A stretch of 33,560 bases of DNA from an uncultured virus (IMG/VR IMGVR_UViG_3300025623_000002) (Duplodnaviria; Heunggongvirae; Uroviricota; Caudoviricetes), in the IMG/VR virus record IMGVR_UViG_3300025623_000002. One strand, written 5' to 3'. Below, piece by piece: positions 7,481 to 17,319 of the stretch. Under the pieces are notes generated by a model, which was not told where the DNA came from, ran no database searches, and saw nothing but the letters and a program-made list of their open reading frames with translations. A program made the position numbers and the translations under genes. Numbering within the stretch: position 1 is the stretch's first letter; every line of letters begins with the position of its first letter.

Positions 7481-10066
7481 CTAATCGCTATTTTTATTAG
7501 GAAATTTTAAATTACTATATTTATCCTCATTAATATTCCATATATTAACATCATCTTCATCCTTTAACATTGATTGTTTCTTACCTGTCCAAGCAATCCA
7601 TGTTTTCTTTTCATTTATTGGAACAACTCTTAGATGTAGTCTAGTTTCAAACTTATCTCCTTCTAATTTATATTCATGATAACCGTCTTTTTGAACACCT
7701 AATGTTACTATCCCCTTATCTATAATTTTACCTTCATTTATATTAGTTGCAACAATAGCAGGATATTTATTAGATTTACCAAATAAATTATAAATATCAT
7801 CAGTATCTTCAATATCTATTAACCATGCTAATCTTTTATTTTTATAATTAATTACAAAATTAATATTACCATCTTCTTGAAGAGAAATATTAAATTTTCC
7901 TTGTTTAGAATCTTCCTTATAGATTATATTTTCATCCACATCTTTTTCTAAAATTTCTTCATTAGAAAAGAATTTATTAGGATGTTTGTAAATGAATGAA
8001 TCTTGTTTTTTCATCCAAGACATTAATTTAGATTCTACTGATTTAAATAAACTTTGGAATAAATCAGGGTATTCTTTCTTTACAAATAAAACTATTTTTT
8101 CAAATTCTAATTCATCATTTCCGCTATTTAATATTTCATTTCTTATAGATATTCTTAACTCAGAACGCTTACTTTTTATTAATTGATTTAATTCTTCTTT
8201 CCACAAATCAATATTATGTAAAGCGTTTTTCTCCATTAAATTATCTCCTTCAAATCCATATAAAGTATAGCCTTCTAAATTTTCTTTTAATATAATTTCA
8301 GCAGTTCCATGTATATCGTCTGTAATATAATATCCCTTTTTTAGTTTTTTAGGTTTTACTAAATCAGACTCTAAACCACTCATAACTCTAAATGGTTTAG
8401 GAACAACTCCTGAAACTAAACCGCGTATAGCAGATAATGATTTTTTACTTTTAGATGCTAATTTTTCTAATGTTGCGATATTATCAGATTGAGTAACTTC
8501 AGGAACTTCTATCACTTTAGCGGAATACAAACTAAAACCATTTTTATTTTTAGTAACTTCATCAACTTTAACTCTAACAATACTACCAACATCTACATTG
8601 ATTTTAGTGTTTAAAGCCTTACCAACTTCTAAATAATCCTTCCCTTCAAATTCAACAGTTGCATAATTTCTAGCAACTTCTGCTGTAACTGCACCTATAC
8701 CCATTGTATAAGAATGTAAATTGCTTTTAGTTTTTCTATCTTTTAGAACTATCACATCTAAGTCAACAAATTTTTTCCATTTAATCCATTTTGGATTTTT
8801 TCTATTTCCAATATAATAGGTAGATTCTATATCTTTAATAACTACTCCTTCAGAAGCAGGTAATTTCATAATATCTTTAGAATACTCTTCTACTTCTTTC
8901 TTAGAATCTGCAATACGAGTATCTTTTTTAGAAGGAAATGCTAAATTTTCAGAAGAGTGTTGAGCATATTGATATAATAAAATATTAATTCTTTCTCTTA
9001 AAGGTTCTTCTGTTATTTCTTTTCCTTCATGTATCATAATATCAAAAACATGAGCCTTTAGTGTACCTTCAGTTTTTTTATGGAAAACATGAGTAATAGT
9101 GTCTGCTCGTTGTAATGGCTCATCATCTAAGAATAACATTAATTCTGCATCTAAGATACAATCACCAAACTGTTTCTTTTCCATATGTTTAACTTGTTCA
9201 GGGCATTTTAAAGTAATATCTTTTTGATTAAAAGAATAAATTTTAACTTTATTATCAAACTTATGAATTTGTATTCTCATTCCATCATATTTTTCTTGAA
9301 CTACAAATTCACCTGTTAAACCTTTAATATCATCTAAATCATCTATTTCAAATATCCTATACATTGGTTTATTTGGTTGAATAAAATCTATTCCTGCTTT
9401 TGTTATATCTAATTCTAATAATGAATCCCATTGTTCTTCATTATATTTTTCTAAATATATTTTTTCTAATTGTTTAAATGCGTGTTTACATTTAGATTCT
9501 ATTCTTCTAGTATCGTCATTTTCATCACCATAATGTTCAATAATATAAATAGGAACATCTTTAGGTTCTAAATCCAAACCCATATATCCTTGAGTAATAT
9601 TATCAGGTTGTAAATTATGTGCATTCCAAGATTTATCAGGAATAGGATTAGTATGAGAACGCACTGCATAATGAATAAATGCTAATAACATAGATTCATT
9701 TTTCATAAATTCTTTGATTACATCATCACCTAATTGTTTTGAAAATGGGTCGCTTACTTTATCAGATTTGAACCTAAGACTTTTAACACCTTCATAAATT
9801 TCTTTTGCTTGTCTAGATTCAGGGTCATATGCTTCTTCTGAAAAAACTATATCTTCTTTCAAATATTTTTTTAATTCTCTAGTAAAATCATCTAAAGAAT
9901 CAAACTGATTTCTAACTTCCTTTACTGTTTTTCGCCACTTCTTGTTATAATCAGAAGGGTTTTCTTTAGCAGATAAATAAGAATATCTGACTCTTTCAAA
10001 AAAATCCAATACTCGTTTAGTTAAAGTATCTTTTTCCTTTTCAAAAATAACCCCTGTTTGCGGCAT
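7481..10066 (-). CDS. lig: ATP-dependent DNA ligase with long N- and C-terminal extensions
   Basis: Motif I EKYDGMR, III ILDAEL, IIIa HVFDIM, IV EGVVIK, V WIKWKK, followed by an OB-fold-like region. Confidence 0.88.
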   Translation of the reverse strand: MPQTGVIFEKEKDTLTKRVLDFFERVRYSYLSAKENPSDYNKKWRKTVKEVRNQFDSLDDFTRELKKYLKEDIVFSEEAYDPESRQAKEIYEGVKSLRFKSDKVSDPFSKQLGDDVIKEFMKNESMLLAFIHYAVRSHTNPIPDKSWNAHNLQPDNITQGYMGLDLEPKDVPIYIIEHYGDENDDTRRIESKCKHAFKQLEKIYLEKYNEEQWDSLLELDITKAGIDFIQPNKPMYRIFEIDDLDDIKGLTGEFVVQEKYDGMRIQIHKFDNKVKIYSFNQKDITLKCPEQVKHMEKKQFGDCILDAELMLFLDDEPLQRADTITHVFHKKTEGTLKAHVFDIMIHEGKEITEEPLRERINILLYQYAQHSSENLAFPSKKDTRIADSKKEVEEYSKDIMKLPASEGVVIKDIESTYYIGNRKNPKWIKWKKFVDLDVIVLKDRKTKSNLHSYTMGIGAVTAEVARNYATVEFEGKDYLEVGKALNTKINVDVGSIVRVKVDEVTKNKNGFSLYSAKVIEVPEVTQSDNIATLEKLASKSKKSLSAIRGLVSGVVPKPFRVMSGLESDLVKPKKLKKGYYITDDIHGTAEIILKENLEGYTLYGFEGDNLMEKNALHNIDLWKEELNQLIKSKRSELRISIRNEILNSGNDELEFEKIVLFVKKEYPDLFQSLFKSVESKLMSWMKKQDSFIYKHPNKFFSNEEILEKDVDENIIYKEDSKQGKFNISLQEDGNINFVINYKNKRLAWLIDIEDTDDIYNLFGKSNKYPAIVATNINEGKIIDKGIVTLGVQKDGYHEYKLEGDKFETRLHLRVVPINEKKTWIAWTGKKQSMLKDEDDVNIWNINEDKYSNLKFPNKNSD

Positions 10067-10076
10067 AATACCTCAC

Positions 10077-10292
10077 TCAGTTAGATTTATTTTCTTTTCC
10101 TTCAATATTACTAGTTTGAGGCAATTTAACTTCTTTAGGATTTTCTTTAGGTTTCTCTACCTTAACTTCTTCACCTGTTAATGGTTCTTTAAGTTCTAAA
10201 GTTCCTAAATGTTTAGCCTCTTGAATTACTTCTTTGGCTTTTGCAATCGCTAGTTCTAATATTTTTTCTTCTCTTGTTACTTTTTCCGGCAT
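10077..10292 (-). CDS. Hypothetical protein
   Basis: Start moved to ATG 10292 (MPEKVTREE) after GGGGTGA SD. Confidence 0.65.
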   Translation of the reverse strand: MPEKVTREEKILELAIAKAKEVIQEAKHLGTLELKEPLTGEEVKVEKPKENPKEVKLPQTSNIEGKENKSN

Positions 10293-10297
10293 TTTAT

Positions 10298-10528
10298 TCA
10301 CCCCATTGTATTTACTAATTCGTGTATATCTTCCCATTCCATACTCTTTTTTATTGGGCTGCCACTCATAGGAATATTTGTACTGTCCATCATTGGTGAA
10401 GGAGAATCTACCACTACTAATCCTGATTTCATAAGTAAGTTATCTTTATGATAAACTGCTTCTTCAAGATGTTTCACTTTACTTACTAATTCTTTTAATA
10501 ATAATAACATTTCATTTTCTTCACTCAT
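10298..10528 (-). CDS. Small coiled-coil protein with scaffold-like C-terminal motif
   Basis: MSEENEMLLLLKELVSKVKHLE; ends SMEWEDIHELVNTMG. Confidence 0.7.
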   Translation of the reverse strand: MSEENEMLLLLKELVSKVKHLEEAVYHKDNLLMKSGLVVVDSPSPMMDSTNIPMSGSPIKKSMEWEDIHELVNTMG

Positions 10529-10601
10529 AAAAACCATTCCTTCGATATGCTGCCACTAGTTCTTCTGTTATTAATCTTTTAAGTTCTCTTTTCATATTCA
10601 T
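10521..10601 (-). CDS. 26-aa microprotein MNMKRELKRLITEELVAAYRRNGFYE
   Basis: Fills the intergenic gap exactly; TAATG coupling upstream and overlap with the next start. Confidence 0.45.
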   Translation of the reverse strand: MNMKRELKRLITEELVAAYRRNGFYE

Positions 10602-10909
10602 TATTTACCATCTCTCGGTTTATATATTTTAGTTCCTATATATTTCGGTTCAGGTAATGTAGGACTTAAAGGATGTTCAGTATTCATTAAACAACTCCCA
10701 TTATCACTAATAGTTACTTCAGGTAAAGAACATTTTAAGTTTTTATTATGACCACATTTGGTAGCCTCACATTTTCTTACTTTACAATCTGATGCAGTAG
10801 GTATAAACGCAGTTCCTTTTGGTATATATTTTGTTCCGCCACCTGCAATATCACTAATTCTAGAAGCCATTTCTGCATCTTCATTCTTAACTATATCTTT
10901 CCAACTCAT
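10601..10909 (-). CDS. W-leader protein with Cys-rich DUF1540-like domain
   Basis: MSWKDIVK leader; CEATKCGHNKNLKC...I..NGSC. Confidence 0.7.
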   Translation of the reverse strand: MSWKDIVKNEDAEMASRISDIAGGGTKYIPKGTAFIPTASDCKVRKCEATKCGHNKNLKCSLPEVTISDNGSCLMNTEHPLSPTLPEPKYIGTKIYKPRDGK

Positions 10910-10921
10910 TTAATCATCTCC

Positions 10922-11398
10922 TTAATATTCTGCACCATATTGGTTATCTACTTTAACAGGCAGCATTAGTCCATCACCCATTGGTTCTCCCCACATTTCA
11001 TCATCCTTTAGTTTGTAATCTATATATGCTGGATGAACTTCACCCATTCCACCTGAAGGAGTTTGTCGCATATTGGTATCTTTCTTACTATTCGTTTCTT
11101 CCTTATATTCATCAGATGTATCTACTAAGCCTTGAATTAAGTGAAGCAAAGCACTATTGTAGGATTCTTTAGCATGTTCTAACCTGTTAAATTTCTCATC
11201 AATATATTTAAAATCTTCTTCTGATAACTTTCCGTCTAATTTTGGAAATCGCTCATATGCTAAATGCTCAAAATCACCCCAATCTAATTTGGAAAAAGGC
11301 TCTATTTCCAAACTTTCTAATTCGTCTGCTATATCTTCTAATTCTTCCGCAATGCTACCTTTATCATTTATCTTTACTATATCTTTCCACCAACTCAT
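10922..11398 (-). CDS. W-leader acidic hypothetical protein
   Basis: MSWWKDIVK; AGGTGA SD. Confidence 0.75.
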   Translation of the reverse strand: MSWWKDIVKINDKGSIAEELEDIADELESLEIEPFSKLDWGDFEHLAYERFPKLDGKLSEEDFKYIDEKFNRLEHAKESYNSALLHLIQGLVDTSDEYKEETNSKKDTNMRQTPSGGMGEVHPAYIDYKLKDDEMWGEPMGDGLMLPVKVDNQYGAEY

Positions 11399-11430
11399 TT
11401 AATCACCTTAATTTTGTCGTATCTGCAAAT

Positions 11431-11703
11431 TCAGGTGATTCTGCTGTACCACTCAATTTTCTCCTTTATTAGTATATCTTTTATTGTCTCGGCTTCCTTA
11501 TCCCATTCAACATCTTCAGGATTTGTGTCGCCTTTTGCCAAATCCTCAAACAACCTTTGAATATATTTTAAACTTCCTAGTAAATTATTTACCCGCCCTC
11601 CAAGTTCACGAATTACGGCACTATCAGTTCCCTGTCGTAGGGTTTTATTATTAGGATTTCTCTTATCTGCGTCTTCTTTCTTTATTTCATCTTTCCAAGT
11701 CAT
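11431..11703 (-). CDS. W-leader hypothetical protein
   Basis: MTWKDEIKK; ATGA overlap. Confidence 0.7.
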   Translation of the reverse strand: MTWKDEIKKEDADKRNPNNKTLRQGTDSAVIRELGGRVNNLLGSLKYIQRLFEDLAKGDTNPEDVEWDKEAETIKDILIKEKIEWYSRIT

Positions 11704-12026
11704 TCTAAATCCCCCTTACTCTTAGGATAAACCATATCTCTTAATTGACGATATAGTGTTTCATAATCTTTTCTAAGTTCTGCTGCTGATGATACTATTT
11801 CTAAATTCCTTTCATCAAAGCCCTCAAACTTTTTTTGTAATTTTTTATCAGATTTAACTAAATCTAATTTACGCATTTCATCTAATAAATCAGATAAATG
11901 AGTCATCTCTTGACCCATATATTCAGTAGGTTGGGTTTTCTGTAAAAGTTTCTTAAGTTTCTTTTTTTGTTTAGGTTCAACTTTTTCTAAAATTGAAGTA
12001 GATTTAAGTATATTTTTCCAACTCAT
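11700..12026 (-). CDS. W-leader hypothetical protein
   Basis: MSWKNILKS. Confidence 0.75.
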   Translation of the reverse strand: MSWKNILKSTSILEKVEPKQKKKLKKLLQKTQPTEYMGQEMTHLSDLLDEMRKLDLVKSDKKLQKKFEGFDERNLEIVSSAAELRKDYETLYRQLRDMVYPKSKGDLE

Positions 12027-12063
12027 ATCTTACCCTTATCCATTCGCTTGTATGTATAGTTTA

Positions 12064-14052
12064 TCAATTTATGTTTTTAAGTTTAGAAATAATTAATTTT
12101 TCTAACCCGTTATTTTTCATAGATGTTACATATTCATTATAAATATCATCTAATTGCTTTTCAGTAGGGTTTGTTAATTTACTTTGTTTTTCTTTTAGTG
12201 TTTTTATAAATTCCATATGTTGTATCTGCGCTGGTCTATTTAATTTTAAATCTCTAAGTGTATCAAACCATGAATCAGCCTCATCTTTCAAACTATCTAT
12301 ATTATCTCCTGTTTGGCTAGCATTTACATCTTTAATTTTCCTCTTCATGCGATGTGTTTCTTCTTTAGTATTATCAGGTAAATCTCCAAACCCTTCACCT
12401 AAAGCACCAGTACCATTAAATAAATTACTTAATTTTGTTAATTTCTTAACATATTTCTTTTTAAGTTCCTTAATTTTATTTATGTTAGATTTGTTTTCCC
12501 GTTCTGTTATAGATGCGTCAACACGTTCTGTTAATTGTTCTATAGTTAATTTTTCACCTTTTTTACTATTTAAAGTAGTATCAAGCATATCTAAAATTTC
12601 TGTTTCTATTTCAATTATTTCTATATTTAACTTCTCTAGAAGAATATATTTTCCTTTAATTTTCAATGCAGATAAAATACCATTAAGTGCTTTTGATATT
12701 TTTTTCCTTTTACTAACTAATTCTTTAAAATTATCAATAATGGCTAAAGGCTCATTAGGTTTTGAATAACTAATACTATCTTTGAAATCTTCAGTCATTT
12801 CATATCCATCATCATTAATATCTTTTACCCATTGTCGTTTTTGAGGTTTAACTTCTTTAGAGAGTTCGTATAGTTCTTTTATTGATACTCCGTCTAATGG
12901 AATGTCTGCATCTATTAGTGTTATTTCGTTTGATTTATCATTTAAATCTTTTATTGATTCATTTAAATCATCAATTCTAGATTGTTTCATAGGATTTTTA
13001 ATTTCTACCATACAACTAATTATGAGTCTTAATATTTTTAAATTAGATTCAATTTCTAACATAAATTCTTTAAAATCAGGTTTATCCTTTTCAATATCAA
13101 TACCATTATCACCTATTTCATCTTCTAATATTATTATTTTTTTTATTATTTCATATCCAATTAAATCATTATTTTTTTTAAAAAGAAGTGGTAAATGTTC
13201 ATCTGCCTCTTTTATTAATTCAATATTATTTGATTCTATAGGTTCAATAAATTCTTCTATAAATTTAATAGTACTTTCATAATCCATATCAAAATATTCA
13301 GTTAACAATTCTGTTGATTTATCACTTATATATTGATTATCAAATGTAATATCTAATTTATCAAATATAGCATATAATATTTTTTTGGATTTTATAAATC
13401 CGAAGTCTGTTATAATTTTAGAATATCTTTTAGGTATTTTTTCATTATTATTTAAATAACCATTTAATGATTCAGCAAGGCGTTTAATTAATTCATTTTC
13501 ACTGTTAGTAGTAGTCTTTCCTGTATTTAATATTTTTTTAAACATTTCAAGGTCTTTATCTGATTTGTGTTTTTTAGGAATACCATAAATCTCTTTTAAT
13601 CTAAAAATTAATCCACTTTTACGCTTTTTCTCTTCTAATAATAAGTTATATGCTTCAGGATATTTATCTTTAGTTATATTTTTTTCAACATCATCTATTG
13701 CATTTTTAAGAATATTTAAAACTTTAAAATCATCTATTTTCCTTGTTCCTGTATCGTCTTTAGGAGTAGTAGTTTGTGTTTTTTCACCCTCTTCAAGTCG
13801 TTCCGTGTCTGTAAATGTTTTATGATGTATATATGTCCACTCACTATTATTAATATCATCCAAATTAAAAATATCTAATTGAGGAACACCATCTAATTGA
13901 TTATATTTATTTTTTACGTCTTTCATATCCCTAATTAAAGTCTTACTTTCCTTTAAATCCATCTCCCTATATTTACGCAAAATTTTTATTATGATTTCCG
14001 ATAATGGTTTAAGTTTACGTTCTTTATTTTTTAAAATATCCATAAACGACAT
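12064..14052 (-). CDS. Large K/E/I-rich hypothetical protein with F-variant leader
   Basis: 662 aa; MSFMDILKN; GAGGT SD. Confidence 0.75.
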   Translation of the reverse strand: MSFMDILKNKERKLKPLSEIIIKILRKYREMDLKESKTLIRDMKDVKNKYNQLDGVPQLDIFNLDDINNSEWTYIHHKTFTDTERLEEGEKTQTTTPKDDTGTRKIDDFKVLNILKNAIDDVEKNITKDKYPEAYNLLLEEKKRKSGLIFRLKEIYGIPKKHKSDKDLEMFKKILNTGKTTTNSENELIKRLAESLNGYLNNNEKIPKRYSKIITDFGFIKSKKILYAIFDKLDITFDNQYISDKSTELLTEYFDMDYESTIKFIEEFIEPIESNNIELIKEADEHLPLLFKKNNDLIGYEIIKKIIILEDEIGDNGIDIEKDKPDFKEFMLEIESNLKILRLIISCMVEIKNPMKQSRIDDLNESIKDLNDKSNEITLIDADIPLDGVSIKELYELSKEVKPQKRQWVKDINDDGYEMTEDFKDSISYSKPNEPLAIIDNFKELVSKRKKISKALNGILSALKIKGKYILLEKLNIEIIEIETEILDMLDTTLNSKKGEKLTIEQLTERVDASITERENKSNINKIKELKKKYVKKLTKLSNLFNGTGALGEGFGDLPDNTKEETHRMKRKIKDVNASQTGDNIDSLKDEADSWFDTLRDLKLNRPAQIQHMEFIKTLKEKQSKLTNPTEKQLDDIYNEYVTSMKNNGLEKLIISKLKNIN

Positions 14053-14067
14053 TACTATTACCTCTGC

Positions 14068-14298
14068 TTAAAATGGGATATTTTCACTACGCATATTTTT
14101 TCTTTTAGGAGTTATCATAACATCAGGTATGTTACTAGGGGCATCATCTGTTTTATTTTTTAATGTTGTAGATGGGTCTACACCAACTACCGCATAATCC
14201 TTACTAACAGTAACATTACTTCTCTGTTCCGAACCTTCCTTAATTCTTGCTTGCTTCAATTCTCTTTCTAATTGTCTTACACTTTTTTCTTCACTCAT
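14068..14298 (-). CDS. Hypothetical protein
   Basis: 76 aa ORF tightly packed after the portal. Confidence 0.65.
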   Translation of the reverse strand: MSEEKSVRQLERELKQARIKEGSEQRSNVTVSKDYAVVGVDPSTTLKNKTDDAPSNIPDVMITPKRKNMRSENIPF

Positions 14299-14299
14299 T

Positions 14300-15970
14300 T
14301 TATCCTACTCTCCTTTCTGTTCTTTTATCATTATTTTGATTACCAGCATCTTTAGGTAATCCTGTAAATCTTTTATCAGGGGCAACATTCATTCTAGGTT
14401 TGTTTCTCTTTTTAGGGGGTTCTGATTTTGCTTTTTCTGGAACACCCGCTTCTGCCAAACTAGGTTTATTACCCGCTTCCATCATTTGCCCTAATTGGCT
14501 TGCATCAACATCAGTTCCAGCATAAGGGTCAGGTTTGAAATCATCACCATCTGTTTGGGTTTTACCTTGTTCATCTCCTTCTACTGGTTCGGGTTTAGTA
14601 TAAATAAATCCACCTTCATCATCCATTTCTACATCAAACCCTAAATTCTTTATTGAACCTGCAATATTAACTTCCATTTCTCTTAATCGAAGAACAGCAA
14701 TTTCATCTTCTTCTTCAGAAGGTGGTAATTTTAATTCCCAATCAGTAATGCCAAATTCACTAGTCATAAAAGGAAATACATAATTATTCCAAGTTGTTTG
14801 TGCCATCTCTACTGCGCGATTAGTAACAAGAATTTGCATACCTTCGTTATTTAACCCACCACTAGCAGAAGCATCATTCATAAACACTTTACTAACTCCA
14901 TAGAACCCTGATATTCTATCTCTCAAATCATCTTTAACTGCAATATAATCCATTTCCTTAAGGCTGTCCATAAATCTAACCCATTCAACAGAACCCTTAC
15001 CACCTTCAGATTCTATTCCCATTACAGGTATGAAGTGTGGGTCTTGTTCCATCTTCTCTTTAACGCCACGCCAAAAAGATTTCATTGAATCCATATTTCT
15101 AGTTTGAACAGCCAACAATCCCTTCGGCATTCTTGCCTTAGTATATGATGAATTTACATAATTATCCATTGCTATTAAGGTTGTAACATTATTCCATAAT
15201 GTTATTATTGGCGACATACCATATAATCTAGAAGGAGAATATTTACTAAAATGTACTACTTCACCTTTAATGAAATACTGTTCCTCTCCATTTACTCTAT
15301 TAACATAATGAACAGGATATAATTCAGATGCACAAGTTTCACATAACTCAGTTTGATGACTATGTACTCTATCTCTATGTCTTAAACAAATAAATCCACC
15401 TTTACCTCTTTCCCCTAATTCATTAGAATAAATATGCATAGTAACAGGGTCGCCTCTAAATATTTCTTTAATTTTATGCATTCTAATTTTTGAATTATTA
15501 TCTAAATAATATTCTTTAACATTAACTAAATATGCATCATCCATAATATTCAAATCATCTTCTAATTCTTTTAATACATCAATAAATAATTGTTCTGCAC
15601 CATTAACATAACCATCTAAAAAATCTTTAGCATAACTTAATTGTTTAGGTTCAGGTTTAACTAAATTGGTAGAACCGCAATCAACACATTCCTTTACAGG
15701 AGTAGAATGTTCTTTATCACATTCTGCACACTTTTCTGTAAATTTTCCTTCCCATATATATCCCCGTCTAAATATTTCTTGTTTCAATTGAGTTATACAA
15801 GTTCGTACTATTGTTGATTGTTGAACTATATGATAAATTATAGGACTAGTTAACATATAGGAATTATCTCTTTCTTGTATTCCTAAATTAAACACCGTTC
15901 TATCTGCGGGTTTAGGTGTAGTATTTCTAAACAAGTTAGTAAATGAAAACTTTCTTTTTTCTTCAACCAT
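14300..15970 (-). CDS. Portal protein with Zn-ribbon insertions
   Basis: EVVHF..YSPSRLYGMSPI, MPKGLL, RISGFYGVS motifs of HK97-type portals; position between terminase and protease. Confidence 0.85.
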   Translation of the reverse strand: MVEEKRKFSFTNLFRNTTPKPADRTVFNLGIQERDNSYMLTSPIIYHIVQQSTIVRTCITQLKQEIFRRGYIWEGKFTEKCAECDKEHSTPVKECVDCGSTNLVKPEPKQLSYAKDFLDGYVNGAEQLFIDVLKELEDDLNIMDDAYLVNVKEYYLDNNSKIRMHKIKEIFRGDPVTMHIYSNELGERGKGGFICLRHRDRVHSHQTELCETCASELYPVHYVNRVNGEEQYFIKGEVVHFSKYSPSRLYGMSPIITLWNNVTTLIAMDNYVNSSYTKARMPKGLLAVQTRNMDSMKSFWRGVKEKMEQDPHFIPVMGIESEGGKGSVEWVRFMDSLKEMDYIAVKDDLRDRISGFYGVSKVFMNDASASGGLNNEGMQILVTNRAVEMAQTTWNNYVFPFMTSEFGITDWELKLPPSEEEDEIAVLRLREMEVNIAGSIKNLGFDVEMDDEGGFIYTKPEPVEGDEQGKTQTDGDDFKPDPYAGTDVDASQLGQMMEAGNKPSLAEAGVPEKAKSEPPKKRNKPRMNVAPDKRFTGLPKDAGNQNNDKRTERRVG

Positions 15971-17307
15971 TAAGCAACAACTCCTTCTAATCTATCCATT
16001 TCAAACATCTTACATTTATCATGTAATTTCGCTACCGTAGTAATATCTACCCCATCTTTAGAAAAATCATATCCTACATGGTCTTTATGATTCTCATATT
16101 TCATTAATTGAAATAATTCTGTCTTTCTATTATTATACCAATCTTCTTTTTTATGTGATTTTTTCATTCGTATTAACTCCAATAAAATATCAGCATTAGA
16201 CCCCTTCATTTTGAAGTGCGGTCTACACTTAGTTAGTATTTCAGTCACATCTGCTGCCGAATAAAAATTTAATCTATTAACTGGTCTAGTATCTTGTGGT
16301 GATTTTTGGTCTAAATGTAATCTCCCACATCCTAATGATTTATGCATTTCTAACATGAAAGCCTTACCTCTTTCACCTGTTGCAACTAATCCTACTCTTG
16401 GATTGAATTTTTTATCCATTGTTATGTAGCCATCAGAATCTATGAAAGCCGCAGTATATGCATAAATATCCTTTTTAATATCATCACTAATTTTATACAA
16501 AGCACCGTTTACATTTGTAACATTACAAGATACTGCCATCTTTGAAATTATACTTGGAGTAGTTTTATTGAATAACGATTTAGGTAATCGTTCATGTATT
16601 TGTCTTGCTGAAATACCAGCATCCTCACTAACAAGTTTAACTATGTTTTGCTTTATAATTTCTTTATCAAATCCCTTGTTAATAGATTTCATATGTTTCT
16701 TTATTAAATGTTTAAATTTTCTTTTGGTTGAAGTCATTTCCTTAGATAAATCACAATATTCTTGATTATATTTCATATCTTTTAGTTCTAATTTTGCTTC
16801 CCAATATTTACATAATGTATCTACTAATTCTCTTCTAGTAGATTCATCTTGAACATATGATAATTTAATTAAATGTTCTTCACTGCAAGTCATATCTTTA
16901 ACTACGGGTTTATATTTACTTATCCAATAAATATCATCTATACTTTTATCTAAATGATTAGAATAACCATCAATTAAATTATCTATTGAATTTGATATTT
17001 TTATTTTATTATCCCCCTTTAAAGTTCTACGATATTTACGCATTTGTTTTATTAATTTAGGTATATCATTTCCTTCAACTTCATATTTTTTTAATTTATA
17101 ATTCAAATGTTTTTTAGCATCTGTTAATGATAATTTAAATTCTTTAGCAAAGATTTTCTCAAGTTGTGTATGGTCTGATAAATTAGAATCAACTAACCAA
17201 CTTCTTTTTAACTCATCAGTTATTCTTTTTTGTTCATCTTTAAGACGTTCTTCTTCATCAGCAAGTTCAGCCATTTCTCTCAAGTTTTCGCCTTTTTCAC
17301 TAACCAT
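15970..17307 (-). CDS. Helical/HTH plus LAGLIDADG-domain protein
   Basis: AYTAAFIDSDGYI motif in the C-terminal third; ISARQIHERL HTH-like segment before it. Confidence 0.75.
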   Translation of the reverse strand: MVSEKGENLREMAELADEEERLKDEQKRITDELKRSWLVDSNLSDHTQLEKIFAKEFKLSLTDAKKHLNYKLKKYEVEGNDIPKLIKQMRKYRRTLKGDNKIKISNSIDNLIDGYSNHLDKSIDDIYWISKYKPVVKDMTCSEEHLIKLSYVQDESTRRELVDTLCKYWEAKLELKDMKYNQEYCDLSKEMTSTKRKFKHLIKKHMKSINKGFDKEIIKQNIVKLVSEDAGISARQIHERLPKSLFNKTTPSIISKMAVSCNVTNVNGALYKISDDIKKDIYAYTAAFIDSDGYITMDKKFNPRVGLVATGERGKAFMLEMHKSLGCGRLHLDQKSPQDTRPVNRLNFYSAADVTEILTKCRPHFKMKGSNADILLELIRMKKSHKKEDWYNNRKTELFQLMKYENHKDHVGYDFSKDGVDITTVAKLHDKCKMFEMDRLEGVVA

Positions 17308-17319
17308 TATATCACCGCC

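Noticed and set aside
11403..11470. Possible frameshift giving an alternative C-terminus (KLSGTAESPEFADTTKLR) to the 90-aa gene
   Set aside because: No clear slippery site; cannot be separated from chance without homologues or reads.
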